Shown: positions 22,263 through 36,588, counted from the first letter of the whole stretch. The stretch: DNA of 57,163 nucleotides, filler included, from Sphacelaria rigidula (GCA_964200075.2; 7 parts of 7 records of this genome joined end to end with filler, not necessarily neighbours in it); one strand, 5' to 3'. Notes: a model not told the origin generated them from the sequence alone. A program made the numbers and translations.

Positions 22263-23698
22263 CCCCCCCTCCCCTTTGCTGCGTTGTAGCCCCCCACAGA
22301 TTTTGCTACCATATCCCTTTGTGCTGAGTTCGCCTTCTTGGTGATTGCGTTTATAGTACCCGTACTCACATTTTTGTCGCAGTGTCCTATTCTGTTCATG
22401 TCCCTCGAGCATTCAGTGTTTCTTTGTTTCTGTTGTCTTCGAGATTTTACACGCGATGAGAGGACTGTAGATTTAGCCCAGCATCCCAAATGTTTGACAT
22501 TTTGATGACTCGTACTCCGGATGTATTCGTTGTTGGCACTGCTCAACCCCCTGCCGCTAGCCAAGAGAGCTCGCCGCACGGGTTTCCCTTACATCGTCTT
22601 GTTGCACGGGTCCTTGGTTACACCGTGTACTGCTAACTATACCGCTCTTGTTATAGGCCGTATTTTTGCACGACGACTGTATTAGATCGAGGTGAGGCAC
22701 TGCGTTTCGACAATTCATCTTGATGTGCCCGTTTGTTTGTTCTATCCCTATCCCGTGGCGCAGCCTGGTCAGCTGGCGACACGGGTGTCGTCTCTTGTGT
22801 CGTTCCGTTGCTCGTGGTCCAGTGTTACAACGGGAATCACCAATTTTACCGCCCTTGTTGTAGGCCGTACTTGCACCGGACGATTGCTTTGAGTTGGGTA
22901 TTGCGTTCTGACGAAGTGTTTTCTCATAACACGCGATAGATGATCCGCCGCGCTGAACGAAAAGTTCTCGCCAACGACCCATGGCTTCTTACCCTGAGTG
23001 TCGTCTTGGATGGGCTCGTTCCCATTCCCACGTAGGGTTTGAATTTCGCACTTCGGGCACACCAAACCTGAAATTGGGCTGCACCCCCGCTTTTTGCTCC
23101 GTGTCGCTGCGTAGTCCCCCCCCCATCGCATTGTTCTTGACGTTGCACGCCTTTTAAAGGCAGATTTGATACTTCAAACACCCTGCCATGAAAACGAGCG
23201 GGGTGCCACTCTCGCCATACGCGACGGATGTGTCGGGACGGAGTCGAACAAAGACGTGGAGCTCACTCAGATCTGCGTTCGACCAGAGCAGTTGCCGCGA
23301 CGCTATGCCGCAACTGCGTTTTCCCTCCCCTCTTCCCTGGTTGTCTGGCATTCCCTCCTTGTTCCGTTGGTAGATGAAGTGTACGCGTGCGTACCATTTG
23401 GTGCTCTACTTTGTAGATAGACTTGCGTGTATGTTGTCTTGCTCAACATAAGTAGGGAATGTCACATAGATACCTCGTTTTCTTTTTGTGGATTAAACGT
23501 TCGGTGTGACGAATCGCAGCGATGCTCGCCTATGAGAGGTGTGGGAGAGTATCTAATTACTTTTTCTCCGCTTCGTGCTTTTGTACGAGTGTAGTGTAGG
23601 AGAGCCCTTTCTCGTTACATTTTAAAGTTCCTCGGCGTAATTACGTTGTACAGAGGTGATGACGGTTCAACTGCATAAGGACTCCTCTAGGACGGGCT

Positions 23699-23981
23699 AG
23701 TGTGATGAAGCTTGATGGCATAGCGAGATATCACGATGTGCGAGGCTGTTCGTAGACCCTGGGTTCCGTGACGCGTTGTCATCGCGTTTGTTATTGTCAT
23801 TAGTTAGGATTGTTCCACCGTCACTACATGCCCCCGATTCACCTCGACCAGTTACTGGCCTTGTCTTGGTCGCTGATGTAGCTCTGCTACTCTGGGCCAT
23901 CACTACGCAGTACTGAGGAAGAGAGCTTCTTGTATATATAACATGATGCTATCAAACACGTGAGTTCTTAATCAGCACTCT
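23699..23981 (+). repeat. High-identity direct copy of 20072-20379 (with a short internal deletion)
   Basis: GATGAAGCTTGATGGCATAGCGAGATA...TAATCAGCACTCT is shared; the two minus-strand ORF translations are near identical. Confidence 0.9.
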
Positions 23982-24444
23982 GCATAACAGTGGATCCTGG
24001 AAAATGGGGTCCGTCTCAAAAATGAGATTCAAGTGGCCTTTTGCTTTTGTAGGGATGACGCGAAACACTTACGACCGGGCGAAGCCATCTTCCCCCCAAA
24101 TGTAAGCAGCAGTTAAGCAGCAGTGGCCAGGTGCACCCAACGAATGCGGTGTGTCGATGACGATATCACCAGAGAGAGAAGCAACCGCAGAGAGAAAGCT
24201 CCTCGCCCGTGTCCTTTGTGTGTCCTCGCTCAGCGATTACCAAACTATCGAGAGACTGGCATCATCGATGTTACCAGCATGTGCCCAATTTTCCATGTGC
24301 CGAAACATCGAGCTGCGGAGAAATTTCCTTTTTTCTTGCCTGTCGAGCTCACCAATGCGAAGATCGATTTCTCTTTGCCTCTCCTTTTGGACAGGACGCG
24401 CCTCTGTGCGCTGAAAAGCATGTCGTTGAAAAACAGGGCAATGT

Positions 24445-24544
24445 NNNNNNNNNNNNNNNNNNNNNNNNNNNNNNNNNNNNNNNNNNNNTTAATTAATTAA
24501 NNNNNNNNNNNNNNNNNNNNNNNNNNNNNNNNNNNNNNNNNNNN
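24445..24544. other. Artificial contig spacer
   Basis: 100-bp N block with TTAATTAATTAA. Confidence 0.98.
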
Positions 24545-25939
24545 ACGTAGTCAGTCCATTGCAACAAAAGATCCCCTCTTTCAGGAAAAACCAATTAGTG
24601 CCTGAAACAGTTTCAGTTCCGAAATGCCCCCCAGGCATAAAAATGCTTTGTGCGGTATCTCACCAACAAGACCGCCGAATTCCTCGAATGGGGTAATGTA
24701 CGGTAGCTGCATGCACATCACGTGTGCTCAAGTAAAAAAAACGTTGTCTGTTAGGAACGCTAGAGCATCCACTCTGAATCTGAAACTACGTTCTGAATCT
24801 CACGAATTTAGTGTTCAATATCACACCAATCTTCTTCGGCGTATGGTGTGGTGTACACCCTACGCGCGTTGATAGAGCTGGTATGGTATGTGCTGGGAGG
24901 ACGAAACCTTCGGGTCTGCCGACCAATAGCATGAACATCTAAAGGACCAAGCCGAGGGAAGATCAAAACGGTCTTTTTGCTGCGGACTTTGTGGGCAAAT
25001 GTGCTTCCCAAAACACCGTACCGGTAAAGATCAAGCGGACTTGAGATTGTTGGCCGATAGGAAAGACCGAGCCCAACCTGGCCCAACACCCAAATCTGGT
25101 CTTCACACCACCATAGTCGGTGGAGTCTTTGAAAGCTAGTTGTTTAACCGAAGTCGGGTAACAGTTGCATCTTGCTCTGAACTTCAGGACCAAACCCTAG
25201 TTTAATCCGTACAAACACCCCATTTTGTCGGATAAATACAGATTCGGAAGTTTCCTGGAATTCTGAAAAAGAGGTTCAAGGGAGTATACGAAATGCATGC
25301 AGCGTAACGCCTGAGACGATAGGCCACAATTTCTGAACGCACAGGAGACGATGACATAAACACACGTGTGGATGTATTTGTGATGAAGGAGATCTTTAAT
25401 TTGATATGCCATTCGTTTATTTTGCTTCCGTATTGACCGAGATCTATTATTCCAAAGTTTTTGTGCGCGTGTGTGACATCTCTCCGACCCACTATCCGTG
25501 CGGCGGCGGGCACCGGGCACAGCCGCATTAGAAGCCATGGGTCAAACTCAACCCAGGGAGGACGAAATGACCTGAAACTTCGTGCGGATCCTTATACTAC
25601 CTACAGATGCGCAATGAGGTGGTTTCTAGCGTGAAGGACACTTGATTTGAAAATGTGCAAGGGTTTGGCCCGTGGGATGACAAGGGATCACCACCACCAC
25701 CACCACCACCACCACCGCCATTTTATTATTTCCCACACGGATAACTCTCAGGTGCCCCTGAGAGCATAACTGTTCTAAAATTGTCAGAACCGAAGGTTCA
25801 ACCCCGCCGACACCCCCCTCATTATGTTAAAACCCATTAGCCCTGCTTCCTCCTCCGGCTCGGGAGGCACACGGCCCCGCCATACAAGAACCCAAATTAT
25901 TAACCGTTCCTGCCACATCGAAAAAGACGGTGTTCAACC

Positions 25940-26187
25940 GACTGCTGCCAAGATAGCCCCCCCCCGAACCGGCCAAAAAAGTGCACGGGGGCGACACTCA
26001 TAAATGCCATTGGAGCTGGTTTCTTGCTGCACGATGCGACCCATTTGGGCGTCATAGCTGATTTCGCACTGCTACACGCCTCGCATGTGGGTGAAGTTGC
26101 TGTAAACAAGCCCAACAGTGGAATCGCAGCCAGTTTGCCGGACGCTCTCCGATGCACTTTTTGTAGGGGGCTATCGCGGCATTAGCC
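25940..26187. mobile_element. MITE (~250 bp), GATAGCCCCC-type TIR family
   Basis: TGCCAAGATAGCCCC versus GGGGCTATCGCGGCA. Left half homologous to 48859-48984. Confidence 0.6.
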
Positions 26188-26189
26188 AA

Positions 26190-29100
26190 CCTAAAAGCGC
26201 TGCTCTATCTACGGGACTTGAAGACCAGCAGCCTACGAAGTGAGGACTGCCTCACGACGTAACATTCCGTGGCGGCTCGATATCACGCTGCTCTATCTAC
26301 GGGACTCGAAGACCGGCTGACTGAAAAGTCAAACGTGCCTCACGACGCACCATTCCGTGGCGGCTCGACAACAGTTGCGGCTGACGCCCATGTCCCACGA
26401 TGTAACATCCCATGACGATTCGAATCGGCTCGTGCCGAAGCACCCCCCTCACTGAGGAATGCTCCCCCGAAAGCCGTTCCGGGACCCAAGGCTGGGATGG
26501 CGCACTCCGTTGAGCCCATAGCGGTGGGTTCTTCCATGGCGCCCAGTTCGGAGACGATCAACCATTAGCCGACACAGCCGAAGCGGCACGCTTCCGGCGT
26601 TCGAAATACTACCATGGGTGTTGCTTGTGCTGGAAGTCCTCACTCCACGACCTCTGGTGGTCCAACGCGCCGCACCCCGCCATCTGGGTCCGGAACCATG
26701 ATCGAGGCCATGATTTTGGCACTTCAGAACTCAACCAAAGGCTTCACCTGGTTCCGCTGACGATCCTGGCACAAATCTTGCCATGGCACTCAAGACGCTC
26801 TACGATACCACGCCACATACTCAGCCACGCCCCTCTTACGCGAAAATTGTCCGCGGGACTCACGCTACAGAAACTGCCGCCGCACGTAATTACCCCCCAG
26901 TCGCCACTGCGCGGTCTGTACAACCCCTGAGAAAAAGGCAGGATGGAGAAAATTCTCGTCCACCTTCCGCTCCCTACGGAACCGGGGCCCGTGCCTCACA
27001 CCATCATAACTCGACGCGGCGTGATAGGCAGGACAACAACAGCCATTCTCCCGGGGGTAGCCCAGGACACAGTCGTCAATCCTCACGTGGTTCTAGGAGA
27101 TGATCCAGCAATAGCCACACAAGTGGTCGTGCTCCGTTCATTCGGCACTCGCAGCGCCGACAACACATACGTAATGACCACACTGTGCATGCGGACGATG
27201 TGAGAAATATCATTTCTGATCTATCATCGGACCCAGCTTCTTCGATAGAGAAAGCTAGCGAAAAGTCTTCTTACGAGCCCCGGCGTAATCATCGACGAGC
27301 TCGAGCTAACCGCGATGCCCCATCCCGCTCCGCTGCTGATGCCGCCACGACCCGTTTGCTACAATGACAGATTTCAGATCTGCAACGTTGCATCAAACGA
27401 ACCATGGGCTCGTCTAAGACTTCGGCCACGACTTTTTCGGCCACGACTGCAGCCACTACGGCGAACATCGCGGCGCCTGCCAAAACCACGGCGGCTCTGG
27501 CCACTCTAACTGCCACCCCGAGCGCCATTGCGGCACCTTCGGCCGCAATGACGGCCGCACCTGCCGCCGCCACTGCCGCCGTCGGAGGCGCTCCTAATAA
27601 TGACAGGTCTCCGACCATTGTTACTGCCAAACCTGCTGCCGCCACAGCCAAGGTTGGCGGCGCCCCTACGACTGACAGATGCCAGGGCAAGCCGCACCCT
27701 CAGCCGCAGCTCACCGCGGAGTTCTGCCCCATGGGATGTCTTGTCTGGCTTTTCCTGGAACATGATCATCGCTCGTTACCGAGCCGCCACCCCGGTGCCA
27801 GCCCTACCGGTCACCACTCCACCGCCGAACCTTACGGCGACCACCCGGGCACCGACATTTCCGGACATGCCAAATGACCGCGCTGCTGACGATAGCGCGA
27901 TCCGTCTCCTCCGAGAGGAATTGATAGCACGGCAGGCTGACCTACAGCGTGACGTCAACCTCGCCGCCGCCGCCGCCCACTCCGCTGCTCTTCGGGCCAA
28001 CGCGGGACACCAATCGGTCGTGGCAGCCAGCCAGCACAAGGCTGCGGAGCTGGCGGCCCATATTTATCGGACCGCTGAGCACGCTGCGTCGGCGATAACT
28101 TTACTAACCGACCATCAGGCCGCTCGGGTCCGCGCAACGCCACTTCATACTCCGCAGCACACTCAGCGATCCCCCGCGGCTTCTCCATCATCGGGCTCGG
28201 TCTCTCCGCCATCCGCAGGGTGCCGCATACCCCGTAAGTCGAAAGCCGCCATTCTCGACACATCCACCGAGGACGAACCCCGTCTTGCCCTCTCCCCTCA
28301 CGAGGGCACTTGGCTCGAGCATACCGTATGAGACTTCTCCGCCGACTTTTCGGTGGACAACCCCCTGCAAAGCTCCAGGGCCGCTTAGACTGCCGTCCAC
28401 CATAGGGTTCAGTTGTGCCTTGGGTATAAACCTGGACCAAGGCGCACAACTCCCGGTCGCAGACCCGTACGCCCTGACGCTCGCCCAGCTTGTGGCGCAC
28501 GCTCAAACTGGCCCCAATGATGGTGCCAGTGCCTACAACAGTGCCGCACATAGCCTTTTGCAGGCCTTGCGGGACGCGTTTCAGTCCGGCATATCCGCTG
28601 ACGACGACAACAACGATGACGATGACAAATGGACTCCGGTCACCGCGAACTGTCGGCTGCACAAACACCACGGCAAAGACCGTCAGGGTGGCGGACGCGG
28701 GGGTCGCCGCGACGATTCCGGATCCTCCGGTGGAGGACGACGACGATCCAATTCACGACGAACGATCCGGAGTAAACACACGGACTGGAAACGCGTGAAT
28801 TTCCGCTTGTCGGACAGCTCGTCCCGAAATCCCCGCAACAGGAATGAGTCAGCGACGGACCAGCCGTCGGCCAATTTGATCAATGTCAGGTAAGAAAAAC
28901 CTCGTTTTGTTGATGTTTCCCGCGAGTATTTAGGTTTGTCTGATCCAAGCACACATTGCAGCCCGTGAGGCTGCAGCAGCTGCTAAGGCTGAGGCTGCTC
29001 GGGTAGCTGCCATCTAGAGAGAGTACATTCAGATGGATGTCAAGAAACTTTGGCATATTAAGATCATGCCCGCAGCGGACAATGAGGACTCAGGACAGTT

Positions 29101-32100
29101 CACCTCGGGTCTAATTCACTTCATCCGTCCTACAGTACGAAATATTCTGCAAATAGCGGGTCGCACGGGTGCACAGCGCTATGAAAATCCCGTTTGGGTC
29201 GATGGTTGGCAAACGCCACTACATCAGGCCTTACACCGCGCCATTTCTCGTCGCTCGCCTGACCTTACCTCTTCATTGACGTAAATCATCGCCGGGTTCG
29301 TCGCCGCGATGGATACGGACCGTGCCTCGGGGCGAACTGGCCTGACAACACTCTGTGATATGGAGCGGCGTCTGACTGGCTACTTTGATCAAAGCGCGCG
29401 GGGTAGCTCCATCCAGCGTCTAAGCTCGTTTGGTGTAGCCACGGACGTACCCTTTTTCGACTATCTTCGTCAGTTCAAGTTGTTCGTTTCCAGTACTTTG
29501 GGAACTGGACGCCAGAGCGGGCCTTCTGATTCAATGTGTCAGTCTCATGTCCTTATGAGTGTGTCTGAGCAGTTTCCGGCATTGATGCCGTCGTTGTTTA
29601 CGGGTGCCCTAGCACACCGCGGGGTGCCTTACGTCTTCATAGACGCAATGTGTACAGCTTTTGTACATCAAGAAAGCAACCTCACTCCCGCTATTCGGGG
29701 TGACAAATATTTGTCTTCGTGTTCACAGCCTGCCGCTGTCTCCTCCGCGAACACCTACGGGTCTCGCGGACGGAAGTCGAGTTCATCTCGTGCTACATGG
29801 ACCCCCGACTCTGTCGCCGGTACAGTAATGAGTGTTAGGAGTAACAAAGACCCATTCTGCGCGAGTTTTGACTGTGATAACTTATGCATCAATGCATTTA
29901 ATCTCATGAACTCTGAACTACAGAGCAATGGACCCGCGGGGTGGGGGCGCCGATGGCAAAAAGGAATGCGCGACTATCGTACCCCAAATCGAAATAATCG
30001 CCACCATTCGAATGGTCGAGGCAACCATCGCTCTAATCGCGATTGCTGACAACACAACAACCATAGTTCTGGCACTCGTCAAAGATATAATACCGCTCGC
30101 GCCAATCATGGTTCTGCTGATAGACACCAGCGAACGGGACCGACACATGACTCGAACCCCAACACCAGAAACCCTGGTACCTCCACTTCGGATCGCATAG
30201 ATCCATGACGTGACAACGTCGACGTCCTAGAGTCTTTCAAAGACTTCTTCAACACCGCCCGCGAAGCTAGCGAAAAAAAATCTTGCTCAGTCTCCCCGGC
30301 GTTATGCAGGAGCACTAATGATGGCCGCTCAGATCGACCCTCGTTTTCACCTCTTCGCATACAGCGCAACAGTTGGGTGAACTCACGACTTACCTCTACG
30401 CTCGGCTCTGGACTTGGTCCTTCAGAACTGAGTGTAAATCTGAGGTGTGAGAACACCAGCCGCCCGTCCCTGAGACAAAGGCTTCCCTCAGCGACCGCAC
30501 GCGCAAGTAGTAATGTATCTTACTCGACTAGTTCAAGTGTCGCTGGTCTCAATTTGACCACTTCGGGCCAAGTAACACCCACCCAGCTCGAAAGAGTTTG
30601 TTCTTCGCGTTCATTACACAATGCAATACTACCCGTGAATGGTTCCAAAAAAAAACGTTCCAATTTACAATCGGCTATGAGTCCTCAGCCAAGCTTGCCT
30701 ACGAAAAACAGCTCACAAGTCTCGTTTGATCATGCGCCGGTGCTGATCTCATCCACCCGACTGGACGTAGTTGTGGTGCCCCAACAAGATTTGGAAGTTC
30801 CCCAACCATCATCACGGCGATTGAGGAAGACCCGCAAGGATGCCCCCAAGGAAGCGCGCGCATCATCACGCACACCTCTTTCGAGCGGAAACCCTCGACC
30901 ACAATCTCTCCAAAATGCGACGACTTTGAGCTCGACGGCTTTATCATGTATCACGGAAGAAAACAAAATCAAATATTTCTGACGCCACTGCTTTTTCAAT
31001 CGACGGCCCCAACAACGCACAATCTGGATCCACCTTGGATGTCGATCCCTGTCTACCCAAGACGGTCATTCACGAAATCGCTGATGATCAGTCTAACCGT
31101 GCCTCACCTGGAAATAATATACCGTCCACTACCTTTTCCGGTGAGAAATCTGACCCATCGGCGGATCACCCACTGTCCGTTTTTGCTGTCAGCCCCGCTG
31201 ATCCTGACCAATATATCTTGCCAGAACATGGTCCGGATCTTGTCGGTGGTGAAGTATCTGTGGACCCGACCACTTTCACGACACGCGTCGCGATCCACTC
31301 TGATCCAAACGCTACCACGCCTACGTAATGCGTATCCCTGTTGGATAGCGGCAGCCCGCAAACGGTTATTCGAGAAGCAACATGGAAACACATTAAACAG
31401 ACTGGCGCTGCTACTGCAGCTTGCGAAATCACCACCCAACCTCGAGTAGGGGGCGGCTTCGGCGATTCTACCGCACCTCTGACAACACGAATAACCGCAC
31501 GTCCCAGTGTGCTTTTCTTTCACAACACCACCCGTTTTACCAGCCTGGCCGTCTGGGCATACATTGCCCCCGACAGCACAATGCATCACGCCATATTATT
31601 GGGCAGAAATAGTTATATGCGGTTTCATAAACAAACCTACCGCACGCTTCCACCATTATCGCCACAATCCACGTCTTGTGGAGGATCCACTCTTGAACAC
31701 TTAGGTACACTCCACGCTCCCCTGGTCAACCAAAAGAATACTCAAGCAACCGGAGCTGCATACCACCTACGATACAATGGTTTTGTTGGTAATACACTCT
31801 CCGACGATCCTCAACTTTGAGAAGTTGCACTAGTTCGCCGAAATGGCATGCCTGCCCTTACGGGTCATTACATTGCCGACATGTCACCCCGCATTGGCGC
31901 ACCAGCCGAACAGAACATTTTGTCTCGGTAGGACAACAACTCCTCCCTCTTACGAGTCATGCTTACTTGGAACCCGGCGACATTTTAGGAACCGCTGCTG
32001 CTTCCCTGATACACATCCCACTCGAGACGTGCGTAACAGAGTCTGCCGAGCCCAACGCAACATCTCCGACGGAGTCAGTCCATTGTGTCGATGAACCATA

Positions 32101-32625
32101 TTTCGACTTCGCCTCTGCGACTCCACCCCAGGTCCACACCGTGGATCCTGCCCAGTGAAATCACGATCCTCCTGCCCAGTGAAATCACGATCCTCCTGCC
32201 CAGTGAAATCACGATCCTCCTGCCCAGTGAAATCACGATCCTCCTGCCCAGTGAGATCACAATCCTCCAGATTCTCGGGATAGTTTCTTGCAAATGTGGA
32301 ACCAAGTGCCGCATCACATGCGCGATATAAACTTTGACCTTCATGGGCCCGGCTGGGAACCAGCAGTCATCCAAGAACTCAGTGATGTCCTGCTACAGTA
32401 CCAAGAGCGCTTTTCCCGATCCAAAACGGATCTTGGGCACTGCAAAACGCTACCCTTTGGGGTTACACTCCAACCCGGGGTCTCGCCAATATCGTCGCGA
32501 CCATACCGGACAAACCCAGTATTTACCGAGAAGATTCATGCCATCTTGGATGCCTATTTGGGAGCGGAATTAATACAACATTCAACAACAAATTGTGCGA
32601 ATTGAGGTTCCACTCCGGGATGAGG
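26190..32625 (+). mobile_element. Degenerate Ty3/Gypsy LTR retrotransposon (gag-like region, aspartic protease, start of RT), cut by contig end
   Basis: Protease motifs LLDSGSPQTVI (~31338) and ILLGRN. Then LGHCKTLPFGVTLQPGVSPISSRPYR...AELIQHS (32288-32605), typical of the Gypsy pre-RT segment. Broken gag-like ORFs at ~27600-30050. An ~88-bp duplication at 26199-26370 lies in the presumed LTR. PBS candidates TGGCGCCCA (26537) or TGGTTCCGC (26749). The 5' boundary is uncertain. Confidence 0.85.
32147..32266 (+). repeat. 24-bp minisatellite x5 (CCTGCCCAGTGAAATCACGATCCT) inside pol
   Basis: Four identical units plus one with two substitutions. Confidence 0.97.
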
Positions 32626-32725
32626 NNNNNNNNNNNNNNNNNNNNNNNNNNNNNNNNNNNNNNNNNNNNTTAATTAATTAANNNNNNNNNNNNNNNNNNN
32701 NNNNNNNNNNNNNNNNNNNNNNNNN
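32626..32725. other. Artificial contig spacer
   Basis: 100-bp N block with TTAATTAATTAA. Confidence 0.98.
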
Positions 32726-34133
32726 GCTGAGTGGCAGACTCAGACGCAGGGGGGGGGGAGGGAGGGGGGGGGGACGAGGCGGGAGGGGCAGCAAGGGGGT
32801 ATTGGATTTCACGGGAAAAGGCTCATGGGTGTGTCAGACAATCTAACACACTCACGGTGCGCTTGTATTTGGGCGGAAACGTTGTCAACTAGTATGAATG
32901 AGTAATATTTATCCGTAAGAAGCGTGTTCGAGAAATGGTCCAAACTACCCCCCCCCCCCCCCCCCTATCGTAGCTACGATACGATAGGGGGTGTACTCAT
33001 GATCATGCTTATGACTATGGAGGGGGGGGGGGGCATGTTGAATATTGCGAAAGTAGGGAAATATCGTTTCCACCCTTTCAAGATCGGATCCCTGTACCGT
33101 ATCAATTCTCCCTTCTCGCTCACCATTTACTGCTAGCTCTCCAGCTTTCTTCCGTAAAGTGTGATGTTCCGATAAGATACCCGTTCCGGCCTCTCGTATC
33201 CCCATTTCTCTTATGCTTCTTCGGTTCCCTAGCATACACACCCAAGTACCTTTTCAACCCAGCTTAGAGCACTTCACTAAACCGCTGCGCTTCCCGCGGG
33301 GTGTACCTACCATGCGGGGGTCTCTCTCCGCCCTACTCGCGTCGCTGCCCTCGCCCTCTCCCGTTCGGTACACGCCCCTTCGAACTCGGCTCCTATCTCT
33401 GCGTCCTCGAAACTCCGTCGCGCACGCAAGTGTCGGGTCGGACATGTCATCACCTCAACGGCGGATGTCAGGAGTATGTCGTCAAAGTTGGCGGTCAATT
33501 ATCTGACGGCATGTCCGGGTTCGCTCACCGCGATCTCGCCCATGATCACCAGCATAAGCCGCGCTCACGTCTGTCAATATCAGAAATTATTGTACGCATA
33601 TCTATGGATTCGCCTTCGGTGGGATTTCCTCGACGTCTGTTGCGTGGGAAATCTGCCGAGTAGTGGCACCGTGGCGCAGACGATGTTGTTGTGGTCTAAG
33701 GCTAGCGACGTAGGCAGTTGCAGATTCAAGGTGACGTGTCGAACAGGCGGAGGGTGGGGTTGTCGTGTGATGATGTGGTGGATGTATTTGCTGTCCGTAG
33801 GGGGTGAGCACATTTGCTGTCCGCAGGGGCGCTCACAGTTCCGTTGAACGAACGCAATCTTCCGCGTTGGGGGTACGAAAATGCGTCTTCACCAGGGTAA
33901 GCCTGTTGTCACCTGCGAGTCGTAGAGATGCGAGGCCCGTGCCGCCAGACGTACTTTCCGCATACATGTGCAGTACGATTTCACGATTCTCCCCTCCTGG
34001 TCATGCACCAGTCCTGGCGTTCGCGTCCATTACACTGTATTTCAGGTTGTAGTTGTTGTGAGGTCGGCTCACAGCGCTCTCCTACTCAATCCAGAGCATA
34101 TATACTTCTCTGCCGTCTTGACTAGACCGTGTC

Positions 34134-34490
34134 TCAGGGAGCGACTACAAAATTGATGACAATGAGTCGATAGCCTGCGAAATTGAAAGTCAACGACATG
34201 GGGCGCTCGCTGATAAGCGCTCGCGTCCACACAGCGTTACCAATGATCAGCCCCTTGACCGCCGACCCAACCCCATGCTGTCCGGCTCTTCCCTTGCCCC
34301 CGTTTGCTCCGCAGTAGATCACACGAGAGCTAGGGGCGGCGAACTCAATTCTGCCTGGTCGATGTGTCTCGTGCCTTACGCGTACGTTGGTGTCACAACC
34401 TGTCAGTGATTGCTTTTGCGATACTACCTCAGCGTGACCAGCCTCGTTCTTTCCTGCGAGGAATAATCTGCGAACCTTGTCGGTCGTCAC
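34134..34490 (-). pseudogene. LINE APE-endonuclease fragment related to the element at 5700-8082
   Basis: HETHRPGRIEFAAP...GQHGVGSAVKG...ISERPMSLTFN...INFVVA parallels ETRRAGRTGCTAA...GQHGVGIAVKE...IDERLMAMRFG...INFVAA. Confidence 0.75.
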
Positions 34491-36151
34491 TGCGAGTCTA
34501 GACGAGGGACCAAACTCTGGGGTCAGCTTGACGCCTTACTCCTTGTGTTTTTCGTCTCTCCCGACTCTGCCCTCCTCCTATTCTGCCGTACCAGCAGTGG
34601 GTTCGCTCCTCCGAGTTCCTCGTTCATTCGTCCATCCAAGTACATACCTTGCACTTTGACCTCGCGGACAGGGTGCAGCCGTCCCAGACTGATTCGGCCG
34701 GTAGCACCAGTCTGTAATAGCTGGTGCTTACTCACTCGCGTCTCGTTCCCATCTATGCGTTTTCCACGATGGTGTCTCAAATCTGGGTCAAAGCTGGACA
34801 AGAATCTGGGGTTGCGAGATTGAGCGTGGACCCCGATACTGACTACGCAGCCGACCGTCTAGCTCACGTGCTACATCCATCACCGACACAACTCATAGAC
34901 TAGCCCAATGGGCATGCCACTCTCGTCAACGCGTGCGGCGGCATTGTATTGTTATTTCACTGGCCTCGGCTCGATCCCCGCGATTCACTAATCATCTCCA
35001 GTCGGGCGGCGGGCGTAGGCGGAGATATATACCGTGTATTTACGCTTAGCAACTTTGTCTATCCAGCGTGACGTCCATGCGAAATATGCGAACAGTCCAC
35101 GCGCGTGTGAAAGCCCTGACCGCCCACTACGCTCACATTGAGGCTGCTACAGGTTTGTGAAAAGGTCGGTGGAGAGTCAAGTCCGCCGCTTGGCAAAGTA
35201 AAAAACAGGATACTGTTGTCGTGAAGTGCACGAAAACATCAGGTGATATTTGGAGGCCCGGCTCAAATGGTCTCCAAACGGAATGCGGATGTTTCATCTC
35301 GGGTCAAAACCATGTTCCTCTCAGTACTAAAATCAATATATTTTCAACAAAACCAGAACCAATCAATTGGAGATATCGTTTCCAAAGCTAGGATCAAGAT
35401 ATTGTAGCTTCTCCTATTATACGATGGCGCCAAAAAACCGCCAAGCTTTGTATCAATCACCGCTGTGAGCCGCCACGAAGTCCATAGTTCCCGCCATGTT
35501 ATTCCGAGACGTGCGGAGCTTCTCCAATTAGCGTGGCCGAAAGCTATGTGATACAGCCAACTCTAATCGTTCGGATGCGATGAGTTGCAGGTTATGGAGA
35601 TGCGGGCTACAATATCGGGGTGTAAAACAACACAGAAGGCCAATTTTCGCAGCTTTCTGGTGCTCCAAACGTAGTGCTGAGACAAGCGTGCCTATTCCAT
35701 AAGGTCGTCGACATGCGTGGGGTTGCATGAGCTACAGACTAAAGAGCGGATTGCCAAAGTGCAACACGGTACCCATCTGGCCAAGCGTGTGTCGTGAGTA
35801 CCTTCAATTTCAAATCACATTTTGCCAAACATCAGCCATACACCTGATATACTTCGAAATTCGATTCCCTTGTGAGCGGTCGTGAGCGAAACCTCGGGAT
35901 GCAACCATCACTAGATTTCAGCACTGTGGGACTCTTGACCTCGAGAGCTGGTTTGATTGTGTAGAGGCGTACAGCGACTGCGAGTCCTTCAGTGGTTCGG
36001 GATCAGTTGGAGGTATGCTCAGGGCTGAGAGGGAATTCGGAAGGGGAACAAGTGAAGCAAGCAGCTGAGCGTCCAACTTCTATTCAGTATAGGCGTCTCT
36101 ATAACCAAAGTTGAGCGAATACATGCAGTTTGATTGCCCGGGTTTTTCAGG

Positions 36152-36588
36152 AACACGGAATTTTACAAAATGGGGGTGGATTTTTTATTGGAGATGAAAG
36201 CCCAGAGGATTAAAACCTTTGTATCCACACCAATCTTCGAAGTATGCTTCCATTTCTTCACTTGCTGGTAGCTTTTGACAACTACCACATTTACACGCCA
36301 TACAAAAATGGATTTTGATAGCCGAAATGTCGGGATCCTAGGTGAAAAAGCAATTTTGGGAGGATTTTTGGTGTCCGATCGGACGCTAAAATTGGTTTTT
36401 CACCTAGGACCCCGATATTTCGGTTATCGAAATCCATTTTTGTATGGCATGAAGTAGTTGTCAATAGCTACCGGCAAGTGAAGGAATGGAAGCATACTTC
36501 GAAGATTTGGTGTGGATACGAAGATTTTGATCCTCCGGGTTTTCATCCCCAATAAAAGATCCATCCCCAATTTGTAAAATCCCGTGTT
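36152..36588. mobile_element. Complete palindromic (foldback) MITE, 437 bp, 4-bp TSD CAGG
   Basis: Arms of ~205 bp are complementary nearly to the centre (GTCCGATCGGAC). Termini AACAC...GTGTT. CAGG at 36148-36151 and 36589-36592. Confidence 0.9.
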
